This document shows, piece after piece, positions 29,931-40,236 of a DNA stretch of 64,000 nucleotides; position 1 is the stretch's first letter, and every line of letters starts with the position of its first letter. Under the pieces are notes generated by a model. It was not told the origin of the DNA, did not search any database, and was given only the letters and a program-made list of their open reading frames with translations. Source of the DNA: an uncultured Methanoregulaceae archaeon. GTDB lineage: Archaea > Halobacteriota > Methanomicrobia > Methanomicrobiales > Methanospirillaceae. The position numbers and the translations under genes are program-made. The DNA is taken from positions 1,376,001-1,440,000 of the forward strand of contig OY969564.1 of assembly GCA_963701095.1 (NCBI GenBank), in the 5' to 3' direction.

Positions 29931-30962
29931 TTAAGGAATAAACGCTTCCCCACCCATACGCACGCGCCACTCATTAACCAGGTTGGAACCCTCTGTTTTG
30001 TTCCCCTTATCGAAGATATCGATTGCGGCAACCGGATGCGCATCCCGGGGTATTACGCGATCCAAGCACCTAAGATCGCCCTGGTAGACTTCAATCACTT
30101 GTCTTCCTGATGTTTCGGCAATTTTTACCGGGTCCCGTATTACCGGGGTAAGGGCCATATCCTGGAGGGTTCTGAGGATATGGACTTTGTCAATATCCAG
30201 GTACACATGGTTGACTTCAAGGTTGAATGCCGACCAGAACGCAGATGCGTACCAGGCATCGTTCAGGATAACATGTCTGACTCCAAAACACGCGGCCGCG
30301 AGACCAAGCGTGCCCGAGCCCGAACAGGCGTCGACAAAGAAGGGGACCGACGGGATTCCCAGGTGAGTGGCTACTGAACGCAATTTGGGATAACCTGCGC
30401 GAGGGAATTCTACATGAATGAGAGACTGCTGCTTGTATATGACAAGAGGACCGGTGGCAAGCGGGTAAATATCGGCCCTGACATCGCAGCCGGCAAGCAA
30501 TGTATAGACATGTGGGGGTTTGCTGGGATCAAATGATACAAGGCCGGGAATATAGGATGCAGTTTTTACGACCCCTCGTACTTCGGGAACTTCAGAAACG
30601 ATCCTCCGGGCCGCTTTCTCACGGACTTTTCCGGATAAAAGGAGCAGGGATTTTGCTGGGAGAAACGGTGGCCGGTCCATCACCATCCCGGGATGGATGA
30701 GCGGTGATCCTACAGCAAGAAGGGGATCGTGGGAGGTGAGATCGCCTTCTTCTTGCATAATAACGTACATATGTGCAAAAACTTCGTCGATAAACCGTTT
30801 TCCGCAGGAACAGGGTTGGCCATACTCTGGCAAAAGAAGTGGAGCGCGTTTATCGCGTACCAGCATTCTGCATTTCTTGCAGGGAAGAAATTTCGCGGGA
30901 AGATCCCGGAGGATCTCCGGTGCTGATTCTACACAATCACTACCGCACGCGGGACACTCCAT
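29931..30962 (-). CDS. uncharacterised Cys-rich N-terminal domain plus class I SAM methyltransferase
   Basis: CPACG, CKKC, CSCG, then FVDACSGSGTLGL and ILNDAW. Confidence 0.75.
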   Translation of the reverse strand: MECPACGSDCVESAPEILRDLPAKFLPCKKCRMLVRDKRAPLLLPEYGQPCSCGKRFIDEVFAHMYVIMQEEGDLTSHDPLLAVGSPLIHPGMVMDRPPFLPAKSLLLLSGKVREKAARRIVSEVPEVRGVVKTASYIPGLVSFDPSKPPHVYTLLAGCDVRADIYPLATGPLVIYKQQSLIHVEFPRAGYPKLRSVATHLGIPSVPFFVDACSGSGTLGLAAACFGVRHVILNDAWYASAFWSAFNLEVNHVYLDIDKVHILRTLQDMALTPVIRDPVKIAETSGRQVIEVYQGDLRCLDRVIPRDAHPVAAIDIFDKGNKTEGSNLVNEWRVRMGGEAFIP

Positions 30963-31086
30963 AAAGGTTGCTGGTTTCTTCTGCCATAGAAACTTTGCCA
31001 AATGCACTTAAAAAAAGATACAGGCAAGTATCGCAGAAAAATCTGATAGGTACAAAATCTCGAAAAGAGTTAGAGCGAAGATCTAA

Positions 31087-31161
31087 TGGGCCTGATGCGA
31101 TTCGAACGCATGACCGCCCGGTTATGAGCCGGGCGCTCTAACCGGACTGAGCTACAGGCCC
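31087..31161 (-). tRNA. tRNA-Ile2(CAT) (agmatidine type)
   Basis: Anticodon arm CCCGG-CTCATAA-CCGGG; body nearly identical to the tRNA-Ile(GAT) at 22552. Confidence 0.85.
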
Positions 31162-31166
31162 ATAAG

Positions 31167-31239
31167 CGCCGCCAACAGGACTCGAACCTGTGACATGCTG
31201 GTTAACAGCCAGCCACTCTACCAACTGAGTTATGGCGGC
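31167..31239 (-). tRNA. tRNA-Asn(GTT)
   Basis: Anticodon arm CTGG-CTGTTAA-CCAG; 5 nt upstream of tRNA-Ile2. Confidence 0.95.
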
Positions 31240-31373
31240 AACAGTTTCCTGCGTCTTAATAGATTCTTTGTGAGGCTTTTTAAAGGTAACGAAGGTGGGA
31301 TCAAACCATCCCGGTTCCACCAGAATCACGGAGCACGAATAATGCAACGGAGAATCTGTGGCGGAATTACCGG

Positions 31374-31658
31374 TCAGGGTCTTTTCATCGCGTTTACGAG
31401 GCTTACGATATCATCAAGATCCTCGTTTAAATGTGCAAAGAGTTCCCGGGTCTGACTGGTTGCAACCGCCCCCTCCGAGGATGCGCGGATATACCCAAAC
31501 TGCTCAAGCACATGAAGGGAATACCGTACCCGGTGAGTGGGGAGGTTGAGAATCTCAGAGAGTTTCATAATACCGATTGGCTGGAACTCCGCAACTGCCC
31601 GGGCCACTTCGATATGCCGGCTGAGAAGCTCAATCTCCTCCTTCATTCTCTTGAGCAT
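31374..31658 (-). CDS. small wHTH domain protein
   Basis: QPIGIMKLS...HRVRYSLHVLEQFGYIRAS. Confidence 0.8.
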   Translation of the reverse strand: MLKRMKEEIELLSRHIEVARAVAEFQPIGIMKLSEILNLPTHRVRYSLHVLEQFGYIRASSEGAVATSQTRELFAHLNEDLDDIVSLVNAMKRP

Positions 31659-31701
31659 GCTATCGCCGCGGTACTATCCGCTCCCTCATGTATACTGCAC
31701 C

Positions 31702-31929
31702 TTAATGCTCATCAAGCCATGCCTTAGTCAAACGGTAATTAATGATAAAGTTCCAGGAAAGGACAAGCGCAAGGGCAAGTATGACAATTACGGCAGCAAG
31801 CCGGTACGTGGTCGGGACAAGGAAATACGAGACTATCGCGAGTGCAACGAGCAGGATAATTGCATTGAGCTCGACAGCCAGCCGGTAGAATTTCCACTTA
31901 AACTGTTCTTTTGCAGTTTCATCCATCAC
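31702..31929 (-). CDS. small two-TM membrane protein
   Basis: FKWKFYRLAVELN followed by two hydrophobic helices. Confidence 0.75.
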   Translation of the reverse strand: MMDETAKEQFKWKFYRLAVELNAIILLVALAIVSYFLVPTTYRLAAVIVILALALVLSWNFIINYRLTKAWLDEH

Positions 31930-31980
31930 TCGTACGTTGACGCGGAAATAAAAGTACTTGACGTTTCAGTGCGTAATTGT

Positions 31981-33114
31981 ATGGCAATGGATCTACTGGA
32001 CGCTGCCATGAAGAAGTGCGGGGCTGATGCTTTTGTGCATTATGCCACGGGTGAAGATGCCGATATGCGGTACCTCACGAGATTCGTGATGCATGATTCC
32101 TTTGTTTTTTTTAAGAGACAAAAGCAGCCAGGAACGATTATTGTTCCCCAGATGGAGGCCGAGCGGGCTTCCCGCGAATCAACAACAGCCGTAATGACCC
32201 GTACTCAAGCCGGGCTGCCCGACATTACAAAGAAAGAGAAGAATCCTTGGAAAGCGATAGCGCAAATGATCGGGGAACAGGCCGGGAAGACCCTCCTTGT
32301 GTCACCTGCGTTTCCCGCAATACTGATGAGAGCGCTTGAAGATCATGGCCGGGTGATCGTGGATGAGGGGACAGTCGGGAACATGCGGATAAAAAAGACG
32401 CCAGATGAGATCCGGCTTATAAAAGAGGTCCAGAAAAAAACCGAACGCGCCATGGATCTCGGGATTTCCCTTGTCAGGCACGCAACGATCAAAAGAGGGA
32501 TCCTGTACCATAATGATGCCCCGCTCACGTCAGAACTCATGCGGAATGTGATCCATAAACACATTATGGATGACGGTTGTCGAGCGGTAGAGACCATTAT
32601 TTCATGCGGCGAAGATACTGCGTTTCCGCACATTATCGGAAGTGGACCGTTAAAACCCCACATGCCCATCGTAATTGACATGTTCCCCCGGGATGAATTA
32701 ACCGGGTATTTTGCGGATATGACACGAACCATCTCGAAAGGAAAGCCAAGCCAGAAGATTGTCGAGATGTTCGAAGCAGTCCGGGAAGCCCAGCAGATCG
32801 GTATCTTACACATAAAATCCGGGGTGGCGGGATCGGAGGTACACAACGCTGTCGTCGAGCATTTCAAAAGCCGGGGGTATGAGAGCGATACCCGCGGGTT
32901 CATCCATAATCTCGGTCATGGTGTTGGTCTTCAGGTCCATGAGCTACCCACATTAGGTCCATCAGGGGCTGCTCTCGAAGCAGGTTCTGTCGTCACCGTT
33001 GAACCCGGTCTTTATTATCCCGGGGTCGGGGGGGTACGTCTTGAGGATATAGGCGTGGTTCGAGCACGGAACTTTGCTAATTTTACAAAATTTGAGGAGA
33101 CATTGATCGTATGA
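31981..33114 (+). CDS. Xaa-Pro aminopeptidase (M24)
   Basis: GYFADMTRT, HNLGHGVGLQVHELP, TVEPGLY, VRLED. Confidence 0.93.
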   Translation: MAMDLLDAAMKKCGADAFVHYATGEDADMRYLTRFVMHDSFVFFKRQKQPGTIIVPQMEAERASRESTTAVMTRTQAGLPDITKKEKNPWKAIAQMIGEQAGKTLLVSPAFPAILMRALEDHGRVIVDEGTVGNMRIKKTPDEIRLIKEVQKKTERAMDLGISLVRHATIKRGILYHNDAPLTSELMRNVIHKHIMDDGCRAVETIISCGEDTAFPHIIGSGPLKPHMPIVIDMFPRDELTGYFADMTRTISKGKPSQKIVEMFEAVREAQQIGILHIKSGVAGSEVHNAVVEHFKSRGYESDTRGFIHNLGHGVGLQVHELPTLGPSGAALEAGSVVTVEPGLYYPGVGGVRLEDIGVVRARNFANFTKFEETLIV

Positions 33115-33995
33115 AAAAGATGAAAGATGACGTACTGGATAAATATATTTCCGCAGGGAAACTCGCCTCTGCGATACTCCGGGAAAGTGCGCAGGAGATC
33201 CGGGTGGGTCGGTCCTTTCTGGAACTGGTCGATTCCGTGGAGAGCCGGGTCCGGGAGAATGGTGCCGATCTTGCCTTCCCTCTCAATGTCTCCTTAAACG
33301 AGGATGCAGCGCACGACACGGCATCACCGGGGGACGAACGCCTCTTTGCCAAAGGGAACGTGATCAAGCTCGATCTAGGTGTGCAGATCGACGGCTATAT
33401 CGCAGACACCGCCACAACAGTCGACCTTGGGAACAACGCGCTCCTTCTTGATGCGTCCCACGAGGCACTTGAAGCAGCAATCCGCTTGGTCAGGCCGGGA
33501 GTGACCGCAGGAGAGATCGGGGCAGTCGTAGAAAGAGAGATTACACGTCGGGGATACCGGCCCATCGCCAACCTCACCGGACACGGCCTTGACAGGTACG
33601 TACAGCACCGGGACCCGACCATTCCCAACATTGCCATCAACGGCGGTTCCGTGCTCGAAGAGGGAATGGCTTTTGCGATAGAACCATTCGCCACAACCGG
33701 GAGCGGCCGGGTCGGGGAAAAAACCCGGATTGAGATCTACTCCCAGATCGCGGAAAAACCGGTCCGGATTCCCTCTGCCCGCGCGGCCATGGAAAAGGTA
33801 AAGGAACGCCACGGGCTTCCTTTCTCCAGGCGCTGGCTTGACGACAAAAAGATGGACCTGACGCTCCCAGGCCTCGTGCGATCCGGGATCCTCCATGGAT
33901 ATCCGGTCCTTTCTGACATTCCTGGTTCGCTTGTTTCACAGCATGAGCATACCCTGATCGTGACAAACGACGGTTGCATCGTCACAACACGGTGA
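33111..33995 (+). CDS. map: methionine aminopeptidase type II
   Basis: AFPLNVS, DGYIADTA, NLTGH, AIEPF, QHEHT. Confidence 0.95.
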   Translation: MKKMKDDVLDKYISAGKLASAILRESAQEIRVGRSFLELVDSVESRVRENGADLAFPLNVSLNEDAAHDTASPGDERLFAKGNVIKLDLGVQIDGYIADTATTVDLGNNALLLDASHEALEAAIRLVRPGVTAGEIGAVVEREITRRGYRPIANLTGHGLDRYVQHRDPTIPNIAINGGSVLEEGMAFAIEPFATTGSGRVGEKTRIEIYSQIAEKPVRIPSARAAMEKVKERHGLPFSRRWLDDKKMDLTLPGLVRSGILHGYPVLSDIPGSLVSQHEHTLIVTNDGCIVTTR

Positions 33996-34042
33996 TAGGA
34001 TAGGTATAAGGATTCAGGCGTTAAATAGTAAAAGTTACAGCC

Positions 34043-35317
34043 ATGTCCGGAGATATAGAAAGCCTGCGAATCATGGAAATACTGCTCACTGCAGAAATTT
34101 TCAACCAGAACCCTACCCTCGATCTCAACGATCTGACACCGGTGTGCCGGGAGATCTTCTGCTCCGGGGATACCAAGTGCATCAAGCGTCCGGTGTTTGT
34201 CAGTGACGGGATGATCAGGCGCACCCTTAATATCGCTGATGCCCACGAGAAGATCGCAAAGAACCCATTTGTATCTTATGAAGAATTCGGACAGCGCCTG
34301 AAGATCACTACTCTTAAACCAGCTGCAGACTGGTTCCTTACACAGGGTGGTGCTTCGCTTATCCAGCAGAACCCTGCACTGGCTTTTTTTTATGAATCCC
34401 CCGACAATAAAGGTGTTTCTTATCAGGACGTCCGTAAGGCAAACCCTCGTTATGAAGATACCCGGGCCAGCCTAGAGATCCGGCTCTCCAAGATGATTGG
34501 AGAAGATGAAAAATTTCGGCAAGCTCAGGAGCTTGTTATAGTCATGGCTCCTGATGAGATTGAACAGCGGATGGAAGATATCATACGCACGCCGGAACAA
34601 AATGCACTCATTAACAAAATTCACAATGCGGTAGACAACAGGGATTTCCTGAACCGGCACCGTATTTATGAAGTGGGAAAACTCCTTTTTGTCGGACCAC
34701 CTGGAACGGGAAAAACCTCTCTTGCCCTTGCGATGGCTCATTCAATGCATATGCCTATTCTCGAAGTCAGGCTCTCGATGATTACTTCTCAGTACATTGG
34801 GGAGACATCCAAAAACATCGACAAAATATTCGAGCTGGCAAAGGGGCTCTCTCCGTCAATCCTGTTCATAGACGAATTCGATTTTATCGCAAAATCCCGA
34901 TCCTCAGATGACCATGCAGCTTTGAAGCGGGCCGTCAACACACTATTGAAAAATATTGACCGGATTAGTCTCGTCAAAAACGGCGTCCTTTTAATAGGGG
35001 CAACGAACCACCCCCAGCTGCTGGATGAAGCTGCCTGGCGGAGGTTTGATGAGGTCGTAGAATTTTCCAACCCAAACGAGGAGATGCGGAGGGAGATTGT
35101 TAAAAGCGTCACTTCTAATATGGCCTGCACCTGCAACTTTCACGAAATAGCTGCACTGACTGATGGATTCTCAGGTGCTGACATACGATTGATGATAAAA
35201 GAGGCTATGTTATCGGCACTCATGGACAAACGCGAAGTTATCGAAAATAAAGATCTGGAAATAGGGATTCGTATGGTAAGGAACCGTGATGCAATCCGGA
35301 ACTTGAGCTGGATCTAA
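34043..35317 (+). CDS. AAA+ ATPase
   Basis: GPPGTGKT, LFIDEFD, GATNH, AAWRRFD. Confidence 0.9.
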   Translation: MSGDIESLRIMEILLTAEIFNQNPTLDLNDLTPVCREIFCSGDTKCIKRPVFVSDGMIRRTLNIADAHEKIAKNPFVSYEEFGQRLKITTLKPAADWFLTQGGASLIQQNPALAFFYESPDNKGVSYQDVRKANPRYEDTRASLEIRLSKMIGEDEKFRQAQELVIVMAPDEIEQRMEDIIRTPEQNALINKIHNAVDNRDFLNRHRIYEVGKLLFVGPPGTGKTSLALAMAHSMHMPILEVRLSMITSQYIGETSKNIDKIFELAKGLSPSILFIDEFDFIAKSRSSDDHAALKRAVNTLLKNIDRISLVKNGVLLIGATNHPQLLDEAAWRRFDEVVEFSNPNEEMRREIVKSVTSNMACTCNFHEIAALTDGFSGADIRLMIKEAMLSALMDKREVIENKDLEIGIRMVRNRDAIRNLSWI

Positions 35318-35318
35318 G

Positions 35319-36041
35319 ATGAAATTTATTTTACTGGGTACTGGTGACGCCGTTGGAACACCCAAAATAGGATGTGATTGTCCCCAGTGCAGGCATGCCT
35401 ATGAAACCGGCACCGGCCGATTGCGGACATCCCTTCTCATCGAACACGCAAACCAACACATCCTCATTGATACCTCACCTGACCTCCGTCAACAATTGCT
35501 CAAGTGCGGTTCACCCTTTATTGACGCTGTGATCTGGACCCATGGTCATTACGATCATTTCATGGGTTTTGGCGAATTCTACCGGGTCCAGAAGTACCCA
35601 CGGGTTTTTGCCGCTGAACCGGTGCTCCGGTACTGTGGCGAAACATTCCGGTTCCTTGACTTTAAACGAAGTCCAGTAGAACCGTATGTACCGTTTGATC
35701 TTTTTGGAATATCGGTTACCCCTTTCCTTGTGAAACATCCACCGGCATATACCTGCGGGTTTGTTTTTGAGAACAACGGGATGCGAGTGGGATATACTTC
35801 AGACACAAACCGGGATATTCCGGAAAAAAGTCTCCGGTTGCTTGAAAATCTTGATCTTCTTCTCATCGATGCCCTGGTTCCCTCGCATATAGCTGTTGTC
35901 AAGCACATGAACTATCTCGACGCCTGTACGCTAGCCGAAAGCCTGCACGCCAAAGATTTCCGGTGTATCCACATCAGCCACGTAATGCCGTGGGAGTACC
36001 CCCACCTTTCTCACGACGGCGAAGTTTTTGATTTTCCATAA
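35319..36041 (+). CDS. MBL-fold phosphodiesterase (PhnP-like)
   Basis: LLGTG, CDCPQC, THGHYDH, YTSDT. Confidence 0.88.
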   Translation: MKFILLGTGDAVGTPKIGCDCPQCRHAYETGTGRLRTSLLIEHANQHILIDTSPDLRQQLLKCGSPFIDAVIWTHGHYDHFMGFGEFYRVQKYPRVFAAEPVLRYCGETFRFLDFKRSPVEPYVPFDLFGISVTPFLVKHPPAYTCGFVFENNGMRVGYTSDTNRDIPEKSLRLLENLDLLLIDALVPSHIAVVKHMNYLDACTLAESLHAKDFRCIHISHVMPWEYPHLSHDGEVFDFP

Positions 36042-36146
36042 AGATACCGAGGTTCGCCTATTCAGCTTGATGAAAGATTTTTTTTAATCCTCCTATACCG
36101 CCCTCACCCATACTTTAATAGTTCACAGGTTCCCAAACATAGGTGC

Positions 36147-36422
36147 ATGATTGTAAAAGTACTTGAACTCGAAAAAGATAAGGCCCGACTTATTATCCAG
36201 GGGGAGGGGCATACGTTCATGAACGCCCTTGTCGAAGAGATCCTGACGGATCCTGATGTAGACGTCGCAAAATATACCATCGAGTTCCAGTTCTCAGATC
36301 CTGAACTGCTGGTAACCACTAAGAACGGTAAGAAAAATCCCATGACCGCGATAAAAAAAGCTTGCAAAAGAATTTCAGGAAATTGCAGTGAGCTTGTCAA
36401 AGGTCTTTCAAAACAAAAATGA
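36147..36422 (+). CDS. rpoL: RNA polymerase subunit L (Rpo11)
   Basis: GEGHTFMNAL, VDVAKY. Confidence 0.92.
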   Translation: MIVKVLELEKDKARLIIQGEGHTFMNALVEEILTDPDVDVAKYTIEFQFSDPELLVTTKNGKKNPMTAIKKACKRISGNCSELVKGLSKQK

Positions 36423-36566
36423 AATTGGCTTATACAGCCATTTTATATTTTTTTAACAATTCCACTTGTCCTTTATTCGTATTATTTATCTTCCGGATTG
36501 AAGCCGATACCCAAAAAGAAGAATACATAAGGGATGCTCCGTATTCAGGAAAAACGGGATCGAAAA

Positions 36567-37181
36567 TTATTCTGCCCTTTCTGTAAAGACTATGGAACCC
36601 GATATGCGGGAAATCTTGATCTTCACGCTCTGGCCGGGCTTCGCATTTGCGACATACATAATGTAACGACCCATCTTCACTACACCGTCACCGCGTTTTG
36701 ATAGTGACTGGATCTCAACATCCATGACCTGACCTTCTTCAAGATTTTCTGACACCGGTTCGGTCCTCACTTTGCGCTTTCTTACCGGGCGGTGACCTCC
36801 GCAAGCATCGCAACGGAGAAGGAGAATACGGTCATCCTTAACCAACCGTGTGTCGGGTTTCCCACATTCGGAACAGATCACATAATCGTCTACGTAGTTC
36901 TTGATAATCGTCCTGAAAAGCGAGATCTCAAACTTACCATTAAAAATTGCCCTGGTACCGTCGATCTTTCCCGAGGTGCCAAGTTCGCCTAGGATATACT
37001 TCATCATGTGATCTTTGTCTCGACGGACTTTATCAGCTATCTCAGCAAAGTTTTCAAGGATTGTGGTCTTACCCTCGATATACGCCTTGGCCTCAGGAAC
37101 TATAAAACGTTCTGAAGATGCACTTTTTTCGGATATATGGGAATAGGCTTTTTTTAGAAGATCATCATAGGTGTCCGTCAT
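36567..37181 (-). CDS. translation initiation factor 2 beta subunit with C-terminal TRAM domain
   Basis: [33 protein letters not shown]. Confidence 0.95.
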   Translation of the reverse strand: MTDTYDDLLKKAYSHISEKSASSERFIVPEAKAYIEGKTTILENFAEIADKVRRDKDHMMKYILGELGTSGKIDGTRAIFNGKFEISLFRTIIKNYVDDYVICSECGKPDTRLVKDDRILLLRCDACGGHRPVRKRKVRTEPVSENLEEGQVMDVEIQSLSKRGDGVVKMGRYIMYVANAKPGQSVKIKISRISGSIVFTERAE

Positions 37182-37253
37182 ATCTGTATAATATAAAGGA
37201 TGCGGGGATGCAAAAGTCTTTCCCAGCACCCGGCTATGAATCCCATTTCCAGG

Positions 37254-37745
37254 TTACTCCAATTTTGGCCCCGCCGCATTCACGAATGCAACCAAATCTG
37301 CATTCACTGAGTCATCCTCGATATCTTTCTGGTTTACGGCAATAAATCCTGCAAATATCATGCCCCGGCCCTCGATCCATTTTCTGAATATTTCTTCACT
37401 CTGGCCGGGCCTTCCGCCGCAGGTCACAAATGCAACCGCTCGTTTCTTCCCGCAGTTATCAAGCACATCAATCATCGTATGAATTGCTGGCGTCGGTTTG
37501 AAAGCCCAGACCGGAGATCCGAATACCAGTAGGTCGTACTCCCTCACATCGAGATGGGAAGGTTCAATTTCTGTCTTTCCTTCACTCCGCGCAGCATTAC
37601 ACTGCATAAGAAAACGCGTCAGTGCAAAATACCGTTTCCGGTCAGTGACTTCGACAAGACGGCTGTCAGTTGTTACAGAAGCGATGTGTTGCGCGATATG
37701 TCGGGTATTGCCAGTTTCGGAATGGTAGATAATACAAATTTTCAT
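37254..37745 (-). CDS. flavodoxin family protein
   Basis: IIYHSETGNTR, FGSPVWAFKP. Confidence 0.88.
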   Translation of the reverse strand: MKICIIYHSETGNTRHIAQHIASVTTDSRLVEVTDRKRYFALTRFLMQCNAARSEGKTEIEPSHLDVREYDLLVFGSPVWAFKPTPAIHTMIDVLDNCGKKRAVAFVTCGGRPGQSEEIFRKWIEGRGMIFAGFIAVNQKDIEDDSVNADLVAFVNAAGPKLE

Positions 37746-37858
37746 ATAATGTAGAACGTATCGTATAACAAAAAAGTTTTCACCCGCGATATACACGCTA
37801 ATGATTACAGAACGTCTGATTTTTAAGATAAAAAAAATAATTAAAAAAAAGGCACAGA

Positions 37859-38865
<1,007 letters not shown>

Positions 38866-38943
38866 TCAGCAACCAAAGCACATAATATTATATGGAAAAA
38901 CTCAAAAAGCACACTTGCACATTGAGCAGGGATGCGATGACTT

Positions 38944-39939
38944 ATTAATAACGTTGCAGTAGACAGAACCCCCGACCAGCCTTTCAGTGGTAAACTCCCT
39001 GATGTCCAGGCAACTTCTCCCGATGTAAGGATTAATCTGACAAGGGTTGGGGTAAAAAACGTAAAAAAACTTGTCGAAGTCACTCGTCCGGATAAGAGGC
39101 CGGTCGTTTTTATCTCGAATTTCGATGTATATGTGGATCTCCCCGGGAGCCTGAAAGGTGCCAACCTTTCGAGGAATTTTGAGGTTATCGACGAGGTGCT
39201 CCAACAAGCAATAGACGGTAAGGTCAACGAGATCGAGAATCTCTGTAGCGCGGTAGCTCGGAAACTTCTTGATCGCCATGAGTATGCGGATAGAACTGAG
39301 GTTCTCATGCGCAGCGAGTTTATGGTAAAGCGCGAAACGCCGGTAAGCCATACGACCTGCCATGAGGTAGTCAAGGTGCATGCGCGGGCAATTGCAAAAA
39401 GGACATTCCGTGAGCCGATTGTACGCAAAAGCGTCGGCGCGGAGGTCACGGGTATGACAGCATGCCCCTGTGCCCAGAATATTATGAAAGAGCGGGCAAA
39501 CAATGTCCTTGAGACGCTGGGAATCAACCAGAAGACTATCGACGCATTCTTTGCAGAAGTGCCGATGGCTACCCACAACCAGCGGGGCCGGGGATTCCTC
39601 TGCATCGAAACGGACGATGATCAGCATGTTGATCTTGAAAAAATTATCAAGATTCTCAAGGAGTCCATGAGTGCTGGAATCTACGAGCTCCTCAAGCGTG
39701 GTGACGAAAGTGCGGTCGTGCTTGCCGCGCACAAAAATCCGCGGTTTGTCGAAGATTGTGTACGCGAGATGGCAAAAAAAGTGCTGACTGGTTTTGACTA
39801 TCTTCCGGGAGATGCGGTCGTTATTATCAAACAGACCAATGAAGAAAGCATCCACCAGCACGATGCGTATGCCGAGCGTAGGGCTACCCTTGCAGAATTA
39901 CTGGATGAGCTCAATGGCGAAAGAAAATTACCAGAATAA
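38944..39939 (+). CDS. mptA: GTP cyclohydrolase MptA (start codon uncertain)
   Basis: LPDVQ, LTRVGV, KGANLSR, GMTACPCAQ, THNQRG, ESIHQHDA. Confidence 0.93.
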   Translation: MNNVAVDRTPDQPFSGKLPDVQATSPDVRINLTRVGVKNVKKLVEVTRPDKRPVVFISNFDVYVDLPGSLKGANLSRNFEVIDEVLQQAIDGKVNEIENLCSAVARKLLDRHEYADRTEVLMRSEFMVKRETPVSHTTCHEVVKVHARAIAKRTFREPIVRKSVGAEVTGMTACPCAQNIMKERANNVLETLGINQKTIDAFFAEVPMATHNQRGRGFLCIETDDDQHVDLEKIIKILKESMSAGIYELLKRGDESAVVLAAHKNPRFVEDCVREMAKKVLTGFDYLPGDAVVIIKQTNEESIHQHDAYAERRATLAELLDELNGERKLPE

Positions 39940-40134
39940 AACATTCGTGAAGTAAAATAATATAGAGACATAAATAGAATAAAATTGTATTTTTAAGCCT
40001 TTTTGTGTGGTCGGAAAAAGACGATGTTTTTTCTCCCTTTTTTATTTTAATGACCGATTTAGGCGTAAATTCATTTTTCCAGAACCGGGAAATTAAAACA
40101 ATAAACGTTATAAAATCGGGTGTTGTAGATAGAG

Positions 40135-40157
40135 TTGAACGTACTTTGTACGGTCAA
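40135..40157. promoter_or_regulatory. candidate operator upstream of frhA
   Basis: TTGAACGTAC-TTT-GTACGGTCAA: 10-bp arms, one mismatch. Confidence 0.5.
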
Positions 40158-40236
40158 TTATCTCTAGAGATGAGAGATGTATAGAGTAATTTTGTACAGA
40201 AATACGAACAACGCAACATAACATGAGGCGATAATA

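Noticed and set aside
31087..31161. tRNA-Met call for the CAT anticodon
   Set aside because: Body matches tRNA-Ile(GAT) in this window, consistent with archaeal tRNA-Ile2
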